The notes under the pieces: model-generated | Told to the model about the DNA's origin: nothing | The model's database searches: none | Seen by the model: only the letters and a program-made list of their open reading frames with translations | Made by a program: the position numbers and the translations under genes | In this document: positions 19,192 through 29,381 of the stretch, in pieces | Position numbering within the stretch: position 1 is the stretch's first letter | Layout: each line of letters starts with the position of its first letter | Assembly (NCBI GenBank): GCA_965218295.1 | Contig: CBDCKN010000003.1 | Location: 192,001-256,000, forward strand | DNA: 64,000 bases | Source of the DNA: Longimicrobiales bacterium | GTDB lineage: Bacteria > Gemmatimonadota > Gemmatimonadetes > Longimicrobiales > Gaopeijiaceae | Direction of reading: 5' to 3'

Positions 19192-21177
19192 CTACTCCAG
19201 CGCGCCCATCTCCTCCTCGGTCCTCTCCCACTCGGCTATGAGATCGGCCACCTCACCCTGCAGGCGGGACCGCTCGTTTTCCAGCGCCCTGACGTCGTCG
19301 GGCGGAGTCTGCTCGTAGTAGTCGGGCCGGCAGAAGAGCTCGTCGATTTCCTGGACACGGGCTTCGGCTGTCCCGATGCGAGCCATCAGGGCGTCGAGAC
19401 TCTTCTGGATCCGGCTCTTCTCCACCTTCGAATCGCCGCGCCGGGCCTTTCCCGTCCCACGGCCGTCGCGAGTCTTCGACTTCCGGCCACCGCTCCCGTT
19501 GATCGACGCGTCGGCCGCATCCGCCTCTGCCATCTTCCGCTTCTCACGCTTGGCCTTGAGAATCACCCGGTCGGCGTCCAGATGGTCGTCGCCGCAGAAG
19601 TGCACATACTCCTCGTACGTGCCCAGATAGTCGACGATGTCGTCGGACTTGATCTCCACGACGCGGGTGGCCAGCTGGCTCACGAACCAACGATCGTGCG
19701 AGACCAGCAGGAGCGTTCCCGGGAAGGCGCGGAGTCCCTCGACGAGCGCTTCGATGGACTCGAGATCCAGGTGATTGGTCGGCTCGTCCAGCACCAGGAC
19801 GTTCGGCCGCTCGATGGCCAACTTGCTGAAAACCAGGCGCGCGGCCTCCCCACCGGAGAGCGCACTCAGCCGCTTTTTCCCGTCGTCGCCCGAGAAGAGC
19901 ATCAGCCCCATCCTGCCCCGTACATAGCCGATATCCTTGTCCGGGCAGAAATCCCAGACCCACTCCTCTGCCGTGCGCGTCGGGGACTCGAACTGCTCGT
20001 GGTGGTCCTGGGCGAAGTAGCCCGGATGGGTCTCGTACCCCCATACCACCTCTCCGTCATCGGGCGCCAGCTCATCCATGACGATCTTGAGGAGGGTGGA
20101 TTTGCCGATGCCGTTGGGCCCCATGATGGCCAGCCGGTCGCCCCGGCTCACGAGGAGGTCCACGCCGTGGAGCACCGCGTTGTCCCCGAACGCCTTCTGG
20201 ATGTTCTTGATCTTGAGGACTTCCTTTCCGCTGTCGCGCATCTGCTCGAATCGGAAGGTGGGGTAGCGCCGCGAGCTCGGCGGCAGCTCCTCGAGGGCCT
20301 CCGCTTTCTTCTCAATCATGCGGACCTTGCTCTGTGCCTGCCGAGCCTTGCTCGCCTTCGCCCGAAACCGGTCCACGAACTTCTGGTGATGAGCGATCTC
20401 CCGCTCCCGGGCCACGATGTCCTTCTCCCTGCGCTCCCGCTCCGACTGCTTCGCCTCCAGAAAGACGCTGTAGTTCCCGTGATAGAGAAGCACGGTCTCG
20501 TAATCGACATCCAGGATGTGCGTGGTGACGTTGTCGAGGAAGCGGTGATCGTGAGAGATGACGACCACGGGCCCGGCGAAGTCGCGCAGGAACGTCTCGA
20601 GCCAGCGAATGGAGATGATGTCGAGGTGGTTGGTCGGCTCGTCAAGAAGAAGGACGTCGGGGGAGCTTGCCAGTACCTGAGCGAGGAGGACCCGAAGCTT
20701 GAACCCGCCGGACAGCGTGGAAAGGTGGGCGCGATGGACGTTCGCCGGGAGGCCCAGGCCCTCCAGAATCGTGGCGGCCCGCGCCTCGGCAGTGTATCCG
20801 TCGTGCCTTTGCACGGTCTCCTCCAACTCGGAGAACCGGTCCGCGTCGAAGTGCTCCTCGGCCTTGGCCAACAAGGCCTCCCTCTCTATCATGGCATCCC
20901 ACAGCTCCGGGTTGCCCATGAGGGTGACCTCTAGAATCTCCTCATCCTCGTAGAGGAACTGGTCCTGGCGGAGGACCCCCATTCGCAGGCGCTTGGGGAT
21001 CGAGACCGTGCCGTCACTAGCCTCCAGGTCGCCGCTCAGGATGTTGAGGAGCGTGGTCTTACCGGAGCCGTTGGCGCCCACGAGCCCATGACGCTCCCCC
21101 GGGTTGAGCTGAAAGGACGCACCGGTGAACAGCGTCCGGTCGCCGAATGACTTGTCGAGGTTGGAGACGGAGATCAT
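19192..21177 (-). CDS. ABC-F family ribosome-associated ATPase (YbiT-like)
   Basis: Two NBDs (GANGSGKT, GPNGIGKS), LSGG, two DEPTNHLD; no TM segments. Confidence 0.93.
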   Translation of the reverse strand: MISVSNLDKSFGDRTLFTGASFQLNPGERHGLVGANGSGKTTLLNILSGDLEASDGTVSIPKRLRMGVLRQDQFLYEDEEILEVTLMGNPELWDAMIEREALLAKAEEHFDADRFSELEETVQRHDGYTAEARAATILEGLGLPANVHRAHLSTLSGGFKLRVLLAQVLASSPDVLLLDEPTNHLDIISIRWLETFLRDFAGPVVVISHDHRFLDNVTTHILDVDYETVLLYHGNYSVFLEAKQSERERREKDIVAREREIAHHQKFVDRFRAKASKARQAQSKVRMIEKKAEALEELPPSSRRYPTFRFEQMRDSGKEVLKIKNIQKAFGDNAVLHGVDLLVSRGDRLAIMGPNGIGKSTLLKIVMDELAPDDGEVVWGYETHPGYFAQDHHEQFESPTRTAEEWVWDFCPDKDIGYVRGRMGLMLFSGDDGKKRLSALSGGEAARLVFSKLAIERPNVLVLDEPTNHLDLESIEALVEGLRAFPGTLLLVSHDRWFVSQLATRVVEIKSDDIVDYLGTYEEYVHFCGDDHLDADRVILKAKREKRKMAEADAADASINGSGGRKSKTRDGRGTGKARRGDSKVEKSRIQKSLDALMARIGTAEARVQEIDELFCRPDYYEQTPPDDVRALENERSRLQGEVADLIAEWERTEEEMGALE

Positions 21178-21258
21178 GGGGGAGGAATCTAAACGTTAAA
21201 CCCCGACCGGCCTGTCACGACCGCCGGGGCTCCGGCGCGCACGGCCTCTAGATCGTTC

Positions 21259-22491
21259 CTAGGTCTCACGCTCGTCCACCACCCGGCCGCCGCCGCCGCC
21301 GATGGTGCCGGGTTCTACGATTTCCACATCCAGCCTGAGCTTCGCGGCTTCCTCCAGGGAACTCCTCAAGGCATCCACGTCGAGGGCGGTCGCGTCTTCG
21401 GACTCGATGTGCACTGTGAGCTCGTCCTGGTGCCCCTGGGCCGTGACGACGGCTTGCCAGCCCGCCACGCCCGGATGGGCCGCCAACGCACCGGCGATCT
21501 GCCTGGGGTGGACGAACATCCCTTTCACCTTCACGCCTTCCCCGACCCGACCGAGAAAACCCTTCAGCCGGGCGCTGGTCCGCCCGCATGGGCACGCCCC
21601 CTCGAGGAAAGCGGACAGGTCACCGGTGCCGAACCGGACCAGGGGATACGTCTCGTTGGGGCTGGTCACCACTACTTCGCCCGTCTCGCCGCGCGCCAGT
21701 GGCTCCCCCGTGGCCGGATCCGTGATCTCGATGGCCACACCGGGCGCCACGTGCCAGCCGGACCTCTCGGCGCACTCGTAACCGAGGGTGCCGGCGTCCG
21801 CCGTGCTGTACGACTCGAAGGCGTCGATGCCGTGCACGGTCTGGACCGCCTCACGCAGGGAGGGCGGGAACGGACCCCCGGTCACGAGGCCGCGCCGTAG
21901 CTCAAGTGGGGTGCCCATCTCGACGGCCTTCTCCAGGAGCACGAACAGGAACTGGGGAGTACCCACGTAGCCGGTGGCGCCCGCCGCCCGGGACACCTCG
22001 ACCTGAGCGGCCGAGTTACCTACTCCTCCCGGGACCACCACGCAGCCCACCGCCCGGAGCCCGGCGTCCAGCATCAGACCGCCGGGTGTCAGATGATAGG
22101 AAAAGGTGTTGAGGACCACCTGGTCCGGACCGAACCCGGCGGCTCGGAGTGCCGGAGCCACGCGCCAGAAGTCCGCGTCCGGACCCTCCGGATCGAGGAT
22201 CGGACCCGGAGAGGTGTAGATCCGCTTCAGGTCATCCACGGGAACGGCCAGCATGCCTCCGAACGGAGGAGACGCGGCCTGGAGATCGGGGAGGCTGTCT
22301 TTGGAGAGCACCGGCACCGACGCCAGGTCCGACAGGCCCCGTATGCTGTGGGCTTCCACACCTGCACCGGCCAGGCGCCCGGCGACCTCGGCCGACTTCT
22401 CGGAGGCATACTTCACGGCCCGCCGCACCAGGTCGTCCTGGTAGGCATCCCAGTCCGGTAGGAAGTCGGCCTCCGCGCTCACGACAGCCAC
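21259..22491 (-). CDS. Phenylacetate-CoA ligase family (PaaK-like) protein
   Basis: SPGPILDPEG, NTFSYHLTPGG, GTP, LVRFGTGDLS, KVKGMFVHP. Confidence 0.88.
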   Translation of the reverse strand: MAVVSAEADFLPDWDAYQDDLVRRAVKYASEKSAEVAGRLAGAGVEAHSIRGLSDLASVPVLSKDSLPDLQAASPPFGGMLAVPVDDLKRIYTSPGPILDPEGPDADFWRVAPALRAAGFGPDQVVLNTFSYHLTPGGLMLDAGLRAVGCVVVPGGVGNSAAQVEVSRAAGATGYVGTPQFLFVLLEKAVEMGTPLELRRGLVTGGPFPPSLREAVQTVHGIDAFESYSTADAGTLGYECAERSGWHVAPGVAIEITDPATGEPLARGETGEVVVTSPNETYPLVRFGTGDLSAFLEGACPCGRTSARLKGFLGRVGEGVKVKGMFVHPRQIAGALAAHPGVAGWQAVVTAQGHQDELTVHIESEDATALDVDALRSSLEEAAKLRLDVEIVEPGTIGGGGGRVVDERET

Positions 22492-23273
22492 CGCTTTCTC
22501 CGCCGGTAGTGCTTCACGTCGCGATAGGAGCGGCGCTGGCCCACTTCCGTCAGGCCCAGGTAGAACTCCTTCACGTCGGCGTTCTCCCGAAGGCTGTCGG
22601 CCGTGCCCTCGAGGACGACCCGCCCCCCCTCCATCACGTACCCGAAGTCCGCGATGGAAAGCGCGATCCTAGCGTTCTGCTCCACGACCAGGATGGTGGT
22701 GCCCTCTTCGCGATTGATGCGCTCGAGGCCGTCGAAGATCGTGCGCACCAGCAAAGGCGCCAGGCCCAAAGACGGCTCATCCAGAAGCATGAGCTTCGGA
22801 CGAGCCATGAGCGCCCGGCCCACCGCCAGCATCTGCTGCTCACCACCCGAGAGGTATCCGGCGTGCTGCTTCGCCCGCTCACCCAGTCGGGGGAAGTACT
22901 CGAAGACCCGTTCGATGTCCGGCCGCACCTTTCCACGATCCCTCCGCGTGTAGGCCCCGGCCAGCAGGTTCTCCTCCACATTGAGGTGCTCGAAGACCCG
23001 CCGTCCCTCCATCACCTGGAAGATGCCCTGGCGTACGATCTCGGAGGCGTCGAGCCTGTGGATCTCCTGCTCCCGGAACACGATGGCGCCGTCCGACACG
23101 CGGCCGTTGTCCGGCTCCAGAAGACCCGAGATGGCCTTGAGGGTGGTGGTCTTTCCGGCGCCGTTGGGTCCGAGCAGGGTCGTGATCTTGCCTTCCGGGA
23201 CCGAAAGGGAAAGGCCCTTCAGGACGAGGATCACCTCGTCGTAGCGAACCTCGACGTTGGTCAGCTCGAGCAC
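22479..23273 (-). CDS. Branched-chain amino acid-type ABC ATPase (LivF-like)
   Basis: GPNGAGKTT, LSGGEQQMLA, LLDEPSLGLAP. Confidence 0.93.
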   Translation of the reverse strand: MLELTNVEVRYDEVILVLKGLSLSVPEGKITTLLGPNGAGKTTTLKAISGLLEPDNGRVSDGAIVFREQEIHRLDASEIVRQGIFQVMEGRRVFEHLNVEENLLAGAYTRRDRGKVRPDIERVFEYFPRLGERAKQHAGYLSGGEQQMLAVGRALMARPKLMLLDEPSLGLAPLLVRTIFDGLERINREEGTTILVVEQNARIALSIADFGYVMEGGRVVLEGTADSLRENADVKEFYLGLTEVGQRRSYRDVKHYRRRKRWLS

Positions 23274-23274
23274 G

Positions 23275-24474
23275 TCATTGCGCCCCGGAATTCTCGGCGG
23301 GTCGCCGGAAGTCGGTGATGGGTTGCCAGACCCCGTCCTCCACCCGGAACAGACGCACGCCCTTGGCACCCCGGTGCTCCTCAGCGCTGAACGAGATGGG
23401 TACGGTCACCCCACCGGTGTCCATCTCCGACACGCCTTCCAGGGCCGCCTTGATGTTCTCTCCCGTAACCTCCTGTCCCGCCTCGATCACCCGCTTGATG
23501 CCCTCGGCCATGACCGCCATCGTCCACCAGCCCTGGGTCAGGGCGTTGCTCTTTTCCTCGATCGCCTCACCCTCGGCTTCCAGGAAGCTCCGGATCTCGG
23601 CGGTGCCGGCCACGTCGGTGGCCACCGGCGCGAACGGCATGGAGCCCACCACGCCTTCGGACGCTTCGGGGGCCAGACTGATCAAGAGCCGGTTCGCACA
23701 CCAGTTCAGACATACGAACGTGACGTCCATGCCCAGGCTCCGGGCGTTACGGACGGCCAGCGCCACCGGACCCGAGGTGTTCTGGAAAACTACGTACTGC
23801 GCGCCGGCCTGCCGGATTCGGGTCAGCTCGGCGGTAAGGTCGGTCGCGCCACGGGGCATCTCGTAGGCCTGAGCGCCTAGACCGATCTGGGCCGCATAAG
23901 CCTCTCCACCCTGTTGCCAGGGCGACAAGCCGAACGGGCTGGCGTTGTGCATGAGGGCGACGGTAGGCGGGCCGGTCTCACCCCGCGCGGCGAAGTCCTC
24001 CTTGATCCAGTCCAGGACGATGAAGAACTGGTCGCTGTAGGTGGCCGCCACCAAAAAGTTGTAGGGAGCCTCCTCCGGATTCCCCAGCCGGTGGGAGAGG
24101 GAGGCGGATGTGAACGGGAGCTGGTCCTCGACGATGCGCCGCTGCAGGGCTTCGGTATCTCCCGTGCCCCATCCCATGAATGCCACGACGCCTTCCTGTA
24201 CGAACTGGCTGTAGAGCTGCTCCGCACGACTCACGTCGTACGCATAGTCCTGGAAGATCAGATCGATGGGCCTGCCTGCGATCCCGCCCTGGGCGTTGAG
24301 CCACGCGACGTAGCCCTGGATCCCCTCCGCGTAGTCCGTGCCGACGTCCGCCGTGGGCCCGCTGAGGTCGAAGATGGCGCCGATCTTGATCTCGTTGGAG
24401 TCGCTGGAGTCCCCGCCACCACCACAGGAGAGGGCCAACGGAAGCAAGATCAGGCACGTCGCGAGTCTTCTCAT
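23275..24474 (-). CDS. ABC substrate-binding lipoprotein (LivK/PBP1 type)
   Basis: Lipobox LALSC; IKIGAIFDLSGPT; GWGTGDTEAL. Confidence 0.9.
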   Translation of the reverse strand: MRRLATCLILLPLALSCGGGGDSSDSNEIKIGAIFDLSGPTADVGTDYAEGIQGYVAWLNAQGGIAGRPIDLIFQDYAYDVSRAEQLYSQFVQEGVVAFMGWGTGDTEALQRRIVEDQLPFTSASLSHRLGNPEEAPYNFLVAATYSDQFFIVLDWIKEDFAARGETGPPTVALMHNASPFGLSPWQQGGEAYAAQIGLGAQAYEMPRGATDLTAELTRIRQAGAQYVVFQNTSGPVALAVRNARSLGMDVTFVCLNWCANRLLISLAPEASEGVVGSMPFAPVATDVAGTAEIRSFLEAEGEAIEEKSNALTQGWWTMAVMAEGIKRVIEAGQEVTGENIKAALEGVSEMDTGGVTVPISFSAEEHRGAKGVRLFRVEDGVWQPITDFRRPAENSGAQ

Positions 24475-24524
24475 GGATCGCTCCTCCGCCAGAGCTGTTC
24501 GTTCCACATCGTGGCCCGTCCCCT

Positions 24525-25588
24525 TCACGATCGATACGCAAACGGCCACACGTGGAAGTAATCCTTCACGTTTCTCCACAACTTCGCGAGTCCTTCGGGC
24601 TCGAAGACCAGGAACAGGATGATCACCGTGCCGAACGCGGCCTGCTGCACGTAGGGCAACACACCGGCCACGACGGGGGCCGTGTCCTGGAGCGCCCGCC
24701 CCACCGTGCCTATGCCCGCCGGCAAGAGCGTGATCAGCAGCGCGCCGAAGAACGAGCCGGATATACTGCCCAGGCCGCCGACGATGATCATGGCCAGGTA
24801 GATGATGCTGGTCTCCAGAGTAAAGCGCTCCCAGGTAACGATGGTGCGGTAGTACGCGATGAGCGCTCCCGCCAGACCCACGAAGAATGACGAGGTGGCG
24901 AAGGCCAGCAGTTTGTAGCGGAAGACGCTGACGCCCATGGCGCTGGCTGCGATGTCCTGGTCCCGGATCGCCACGAAGGCCCGGCCGACCCGGGAGCGGA
25001 ACAGGTTTGCGGCGAAGAGGGCCGTGCCGGCAGCCACGGCTACGCCCAGCCAGTAGAACCGGAAGTCCGTGTTCATCCGGACACCCATCAACATGGGCGA
25101 GGGAAGCACCAGCGCTTCCGTGCCGCCCGTTCCGTGCCGCCCGTGACGGCGGTCCAGTGGGTCACCACCCACTCGACGATCTCCTGGGCCGCCAGGGTGG
25201 CCACCGCCAGGTAGAGTCCCTTGAGCCGCAACGAGGGAAGGCCGAAGAAGACGCTCACCGCGGCCGTGAGCAGAGCTGCCAGAACCATGCTCACCCCCCA
25301 GGGCAGTCCCAGCCGAAGCGTCATCAGGCCCGCGCTGTAGGCGCCCACCGCCATGAAGGCCCCCTGCCCCAACGAGATCTGCCCCGTGTACCCCACCAGG
25401 ATGTTCAGCCCGATGGCACCCACCGTGGCGATGGCGACCTGGTTGGCCAGGGTCAGCCCGTATGGCGACGCCACGAACGGAAACACCAGGACGGCCACGG
25501 CGAAGAGCCACAGGCGGATGCGCTCGGCGGGCTTCCGCCGGAGCGCCATGTCAGCCCGGTAGTCCGTGAAGTAGACGCCGCACTCCAT
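24525..25588 (-). pseudogene. LivM-like ABC permease, frameshifted by a 14-bp tandem duplication
   Basis: N-half (GLNILVGYTGQISLGQ) and C-half (GRAFVAIRDQ) lie in different frames; TTCCGTGCCGCCCG occurs twice at 25116-25143. Confidence 0.88.
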
Positions 25589-25622
25589 GGCTAGTGTTCC
25601 GTCCCAGAAGTTAGACAGGGCA

Positions 25623-26495
25623 TCAGACCCGCTCGATGATGGGGCGGCCGAAGAGGCCGTACGGACGGACCATGAGAATCACGATGAGCACGACGAACGG
25701 GATGACCAGGTTCAGACCGTGCCCCACGTATCCGCCCGTGTACGCCTCCAGCAGCCCGATAGCCGCGCCGCCGATCACGGCCCCGGCGATGGAATCGAGG
25801 CCGCCCAGGATCACCACCGGGAAGACCCGAAGGCCGATGGCGCTGATGTTCTGGCTGACGCCGACGATGTTCCCCAGCATGATGCCGCCGATGGCGGCCG
25901 ACACACAGGCCAGCGCCCACGAGATGCCGATGACCCGTTTGATGCTGATCCCCATGCTGAGAGCCGCCTGCTGGTCGTCGGCAATTGCGCGCATGGCGAT
26001 GCCGTCCCGCGTGTGGCGGAAGAACAGACCGAGTAGGATCAGCACCACGGCCGCCGTAGGGATCACGATGAGCCGGTCCATGCCCAGGACGGCCGAGCCA
26101 ACCGCGATCTCGCCCCGGGGGAGAAAAGCGGGGAACGTGCGGGGCCGGGCGCCCCAGATCGCGTTCACAACCGCCCGGAGCACGCTGGACAGGCCCACCG
26201 TGACCATGATCATCGAGATGACGGGCTCCCCGATGAGAGGACGTAACGCGATACGCTCGATGAGCAGCCCCAGCACAACGGCCAACACCAGAGTCAGGAG
26301 GATGCCCGCGCTCCAAGGGAGTCCGATCTGGGCGATGGCGAAGAAAGAGAGATAGGCTCCGAACAAGAGCAGCTCGCCCTGCGCGAAGTTGATGACGTCG
26401 CTCGACTTGTAGATCACCACGAACCCCACAGCCGCCAGGGCGTAGACCATGCCGTTCGAGAGGCCGGAGACGGTGAGCTGGAGAAAGACGTCCAC
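25623..26495 (-). CDS. LivH-like ABC permease
   Basis: YALAAVGF.VIYK...INFAQGE; GIAMRA; ILGGLDS. Confidence 0.92.
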   Translation of the reverse strand: MDVFLQLTVSGLSNGMVYALAAVGFVVIYKSSDVINFAQGELLLFGAYLSFFAIAQIGLPWSAGILLTLVLAVVLGLLIERIALRPLIGEPVISMIMVTVGLSSVLRAVVNAIWGARPRTFPAFLPRGEIAVGSAVLGMDRLIVIPTAAVVLILLGLFFRHTRDGIAMRAIADDQQAALSMGISIKRVIGISWALACVSAAIGGIMLGNIVGVSQNISAIGLRVFPVVILGGLDSIAGAVIGGAAIGLLEAYTGGYVGHGLNLVIPFVVLIVILMVRPYGLFGRPIIERV

Positions 26496-26497
26496 GG

Positions 26498-28507
26498 CTA
26501 CGGGGCCTCCGGGGTCTCGGTCCGCCCCGGCGTCTCAGTTTGCCCCGGCGTCCCGGTCTGCCCCGGCGTCTCGGTCCGCCCCAGCGCCTCGGTCCGCTTC
26601 ACCGTCTCGATCCGCAGATCGTGCCGCACGATGGCCGTCCGCCCGTCCTGGTACGTGATCTCATTCTCCACGGTGATCCGGTCACCGTCGCGGTAGAGGG
26701 CCTCGACCAACTCCGCGTAGCGCTCCGCGATGAAGCGCCGGCGCACCTTCCGGGTTCGGGTCAGCTCGGCGTCGTCGGCGTCCAGTTGCTTGTGCAGCAG
26801 CAGGAAGCGGCGGATGCGTGCGGCCTCGAGCAGCGTGGCGTTCACCTCGGCGACCTGGTCTCTGACGAGGGCGTAGATCTCGGGCTTCTGCGCCAGGTCG
26901 GTGAAGGTGGTGTAGGCCAGCTGATCGCGTTCGGCCCACTTGCCCGCGTTCTCGTAGTCGATGGCCACCAGGGCGGTCACGTACGGCCAGTCGCCACCAA
27001 AGACCACGGCTTCCCGCACGTAGGGGCTGAACTTCAGCTGGTTCTCGATGAACTGGGGACTGAAGGTGGTGCCGTCGGCCAGGATCATGACGTCCTTGGC
27101 CCGGTCGATGACGACCAGGTGCCCCTGGTCGTCCATGTAACCGGCGTCGCCCGAATGCAGCCACCCATCTTCCAACGCCCCCACCGTCGCCTCCTCGTCA
27201 CCGTAATAGCCCTTGAAGACCGCGGGGCTCCGGGTCAGGATCTCACCGTCGTCGGCGATTCTCACCTCGGTGGCGGGAAGGGGCGTGCCCACGGTTTGGA
27301 AGCGGATGTCCCCGTCCCGGTGAACTGCGCTGATCCCGCCGACCTCCGTCTGGCCGTAGAGCTGTTTGAGGTTCACTCCCATGGCGTGAAAGAAACGGAA
27401 GACATCGGGTCCCAGAGCCGCACCCCCTGTGTACGCCCGGCGGACCCGGCGAAGGCCCAGCTGATCCTTTAGGGGCAGCAGGGTGAGCGCCGCGGCCAGC
27501 CGGTACTTCCACGCCAGCGCCGCGCTCGGCCTGCGGCCTTCGAAGCGGGCGTCCGCCATGGCCTTGCCCACCGCCATGGACCAGGCGTACACGCGGCGCT
27601 TCAATGCGGTGGAGTCCTCCATCTTGACCTGCACTTCGGACACCAGGCTCTCCCAGATGCGAGGCGGCGAGACCAGGGCCCTGGGCCCGATCTCCCGGAG
27701 ATCCCGGCGCACCGTGCCCGATTCCTCCGGAAAGTTGGTCGTGAAGCCGACGGTCAGGGCCCATGACAACGTGACCATCTGCTCGCCGATCCAGGCCAGC
27801 GGCAGAACGGACACCACGTCGTCTTCCGCGACCATGGGATCGACGCGCTGCATCTGCTCGGCCATGCTGATCAGGTTGGTGTGGCTGAGCATGGCCAGCT
27901 TGGGCCTGCTGGTGGTCCCCGACGTGGTGCAGAGCAGGGCCACGCTCTCCGGGTCGAGAGCGCCGACCATCTCGTCGAACGCCGTAGGGTTCTCCCGGCT
28001 CAGCGCTTTGCCCATCTCCTCCACATCTGGGAAGAAGACGAGATGCTCGCGGTCGTACCCGCTCAGCCCCTTGGCGTCGTGATAGACGACTCGCTCGAAG
28101 CGCGGCAGTGAGCCCTGGATGTCCAGGACCTTGTCCACCTGTTCCTGATCCTCGGCCACCACGATGCGGGCGCCGGACGCCTCGAGGACATGCCGGAGCT
28201 CATCGAGGACCGAATCCTGGTAGATCCCCACCGGCAGGGCTCCCAGGGACTGGGCCGCAAGCTCCGTGATCACCCACTCGGGGCGGTTGTCCCCGATGAT
28301 CGCCAGCGTGTCGCCGGGGGCCACGCCCAGGGCCCTCAGGCCCAGCGAGAACCGGCGGACGCGGTCCAGATATCCGGTCCAGGTTATCTCCTGCCAGACG
28401 CCGAACTCCTTCTCCCGGAGCGCGACGGCGTCGGGCGTGGTCCGGGCACGGTCGACGAGGAGTCCGGGAAGGGTCGGTTGGGCGGCTGCATCGGCCGGAT
28501 CGATCAC
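26498..28507 (-). CDS. Long-chain acyl-CoA synthetase (AMP-binding)
   Basis: TSGTTSRPK, LYGQTE, WLHSGDAG, IDRAKD, LTRTRKVRR. Confidence 0.93.
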   Translation of the reverse strand: MIDPADAAAQPTLPGLLVDRARTTPDAVALREKEFGVWQEITWTGYLDRVRRFSLGLRALGVAPGDTLAIIGDNRPEWVITELAAQSLGALPVGIYQDSVLDELRHVLEASGARIVVAEDQEQVDKVLDIQGSLPRFERVVYHDAKGLSGYDREHLVFFPDVEEMGKALSRENPTAFDEMVGALDPESVALLCTTSGTTSRPKLAMLSHTNLISMAEQMQRVDPMVAEDDVVSVLPLAWIGEQMVTLSWALTVGFTTNFPEESGTVRRDLREIGPRALVSPPRIWESLVSEVQVKMEDSTALKRRVYAWSMAVGKAMADARFEGRRPSAALAWKYRLAAALTLLPLKDQLGLRRVRRAYTGGAALGPDVFRFFHAMGVNLKQLYGQTEVGGISAVHRDGDIRFQTVGTPLPATEVRIADDGEILTRSPAVFKGYYGDEEATVGALEDGWLHSGDAGYMDDQGHLVVIDRAKDVMILADGTTFSPQFIENQLKFSPYVREAVVFGGDWPYVTALVAIDYENAGKWAERDQLAYTTFTDLAQKPEIYALVRDQVAEVNATLLEAARIRRFLLLHKQLDADDAELTRTRKVRRRFIAERYAELVEALYRDGDRITVENEITYQDGRTAIVRHDLRIETVKRTEALGRTETPGQTGTPGQTETPGRTETPEAP
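26511..26597. repeat. ~5 copies of an 18-bp tandem repeat encoding the (GRTETP)n C-terminal tail
   Basis: GGCGTCTCGGTCCGCCCC-like units start at 26511, 26529, 26547, 26565 and 26583. Confidence 0.85.
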
Positions 28508-29313
28508 GGCTGCTCGTCTCCCAAGTACGCCTCGACCACAGCCCGGTCCGTCCGGATCTGGTCCGGCGCTCCCTCAGCGATCTTCCTCCCGAAATCAAGC
28601 ACCGTCACATGGTCGGAGATGTCCATGACCACGTCCATGTCGTGGTCGATGACGACCGGGGTCACGCCCCACTCCTCGTGGACGTCGAGGATGTAGCGGG
28701 CAAGCGCCTCCTTCTCTTCCGAGTTCATGCCGGCCATGGGCTCGTCCAGGAGCAGGAACTCCGGCTCGAACGAAAGCGCGCGGCCCAACTCCACGAGCTT
28801 CTGCTGCCCGTAGGCGAGGTTGCCCACACGGCTCCGCCTCATGGACTGGAGCTCCAGAAAGTCGACGATCCGCTCCACCTCCTCCCGATGCTCGATCTCC
28901 CGCACCTGCTGGCGTCCCCAGTAGAGACCACAGCTCAGAACGCCGCCTCCCATGTGGACGTGCCGGCCGAGCATCAGGTTGTCCAGCACCGTCATGTGCT
29001 TGAACAGCTCGATGTTTTGGAACGTACGGGCGATCCCCAGCCTGGCGATGCGGTGCGGTGCGAGGCGGTCGATACGATGCGCCCGGCCCTGACCGTCCGT
29101 GAGCGTGATCGTGCCCTCCTGGGGCCGGTACAGCCCGCACAGACAGTTGAGCAGGCTCGTCTTGCCCGCACCGTTGGGACCGATCAGCGCCTGAAGGGGG
29201 CCACGACGAAGCGTCAGGGTGACGTCGTCGAGAGCCGTCACTCCCCCGAAGCGGAGCGTGAGCCCGTCGACGCGAATCTCGGGCGATCCGGGAGTCTGAT
29301 CGTCGGTGAGGAT
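28504..29313 (-). CDS. LivG-like ABC ATPase
   Basis: IRVDGLTLRFGGV, GPNGAGKTS, RTFQN, LLDEPMAGM. Start probably ATC at 29313; first standard start is GTG 29241. Confidence 0.9.
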   Translation of the reverse strand: MLTDDQTPGSPEIRVDGLTLRFGGVTALDDVTLTLRRGPLQALIGPNGAGKTSLLNCLCGLYRPQEGTITLTDGQGRAHRIDRLAPHRIARLGIARTFQNIELFKHMTVLDNLMLGRHVHMGGGVLSCGLYWGRQQVREIEHREEVERIVDFLELQSMRRSRVGNLAYGQQKLVELGRALSFEPEFLLLDEPMAGMNSEEKEALARYILDVHEEWGVTPVVIDHDMDVVMDISDHVTVLDFGRKIAEGAPDQIRTDRAVVEAYLGDEQP

Positions 29314-29381
29314 GAGCCGTCTCCGGATGGGGGGCGCAACTGGTCAGGACGACGTCAGGGGGGTTAGACCCAACCCCTCCT

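Noticed and set aside
19582..20934. 450-aa plus-strand ORF, and similar antisense ORFs at 50700-51863 and 60738-62279
   Set aside because: Antisense to well-supported genes and without recognisable motifs; typical high-GC artefacts.
26511..26597. Possible CRISPR array
   Set aside because: Contiguous 18-bp in-frame units with no spacers; no cas genes and no repeat-spacer pattern seen anywhere in the window.
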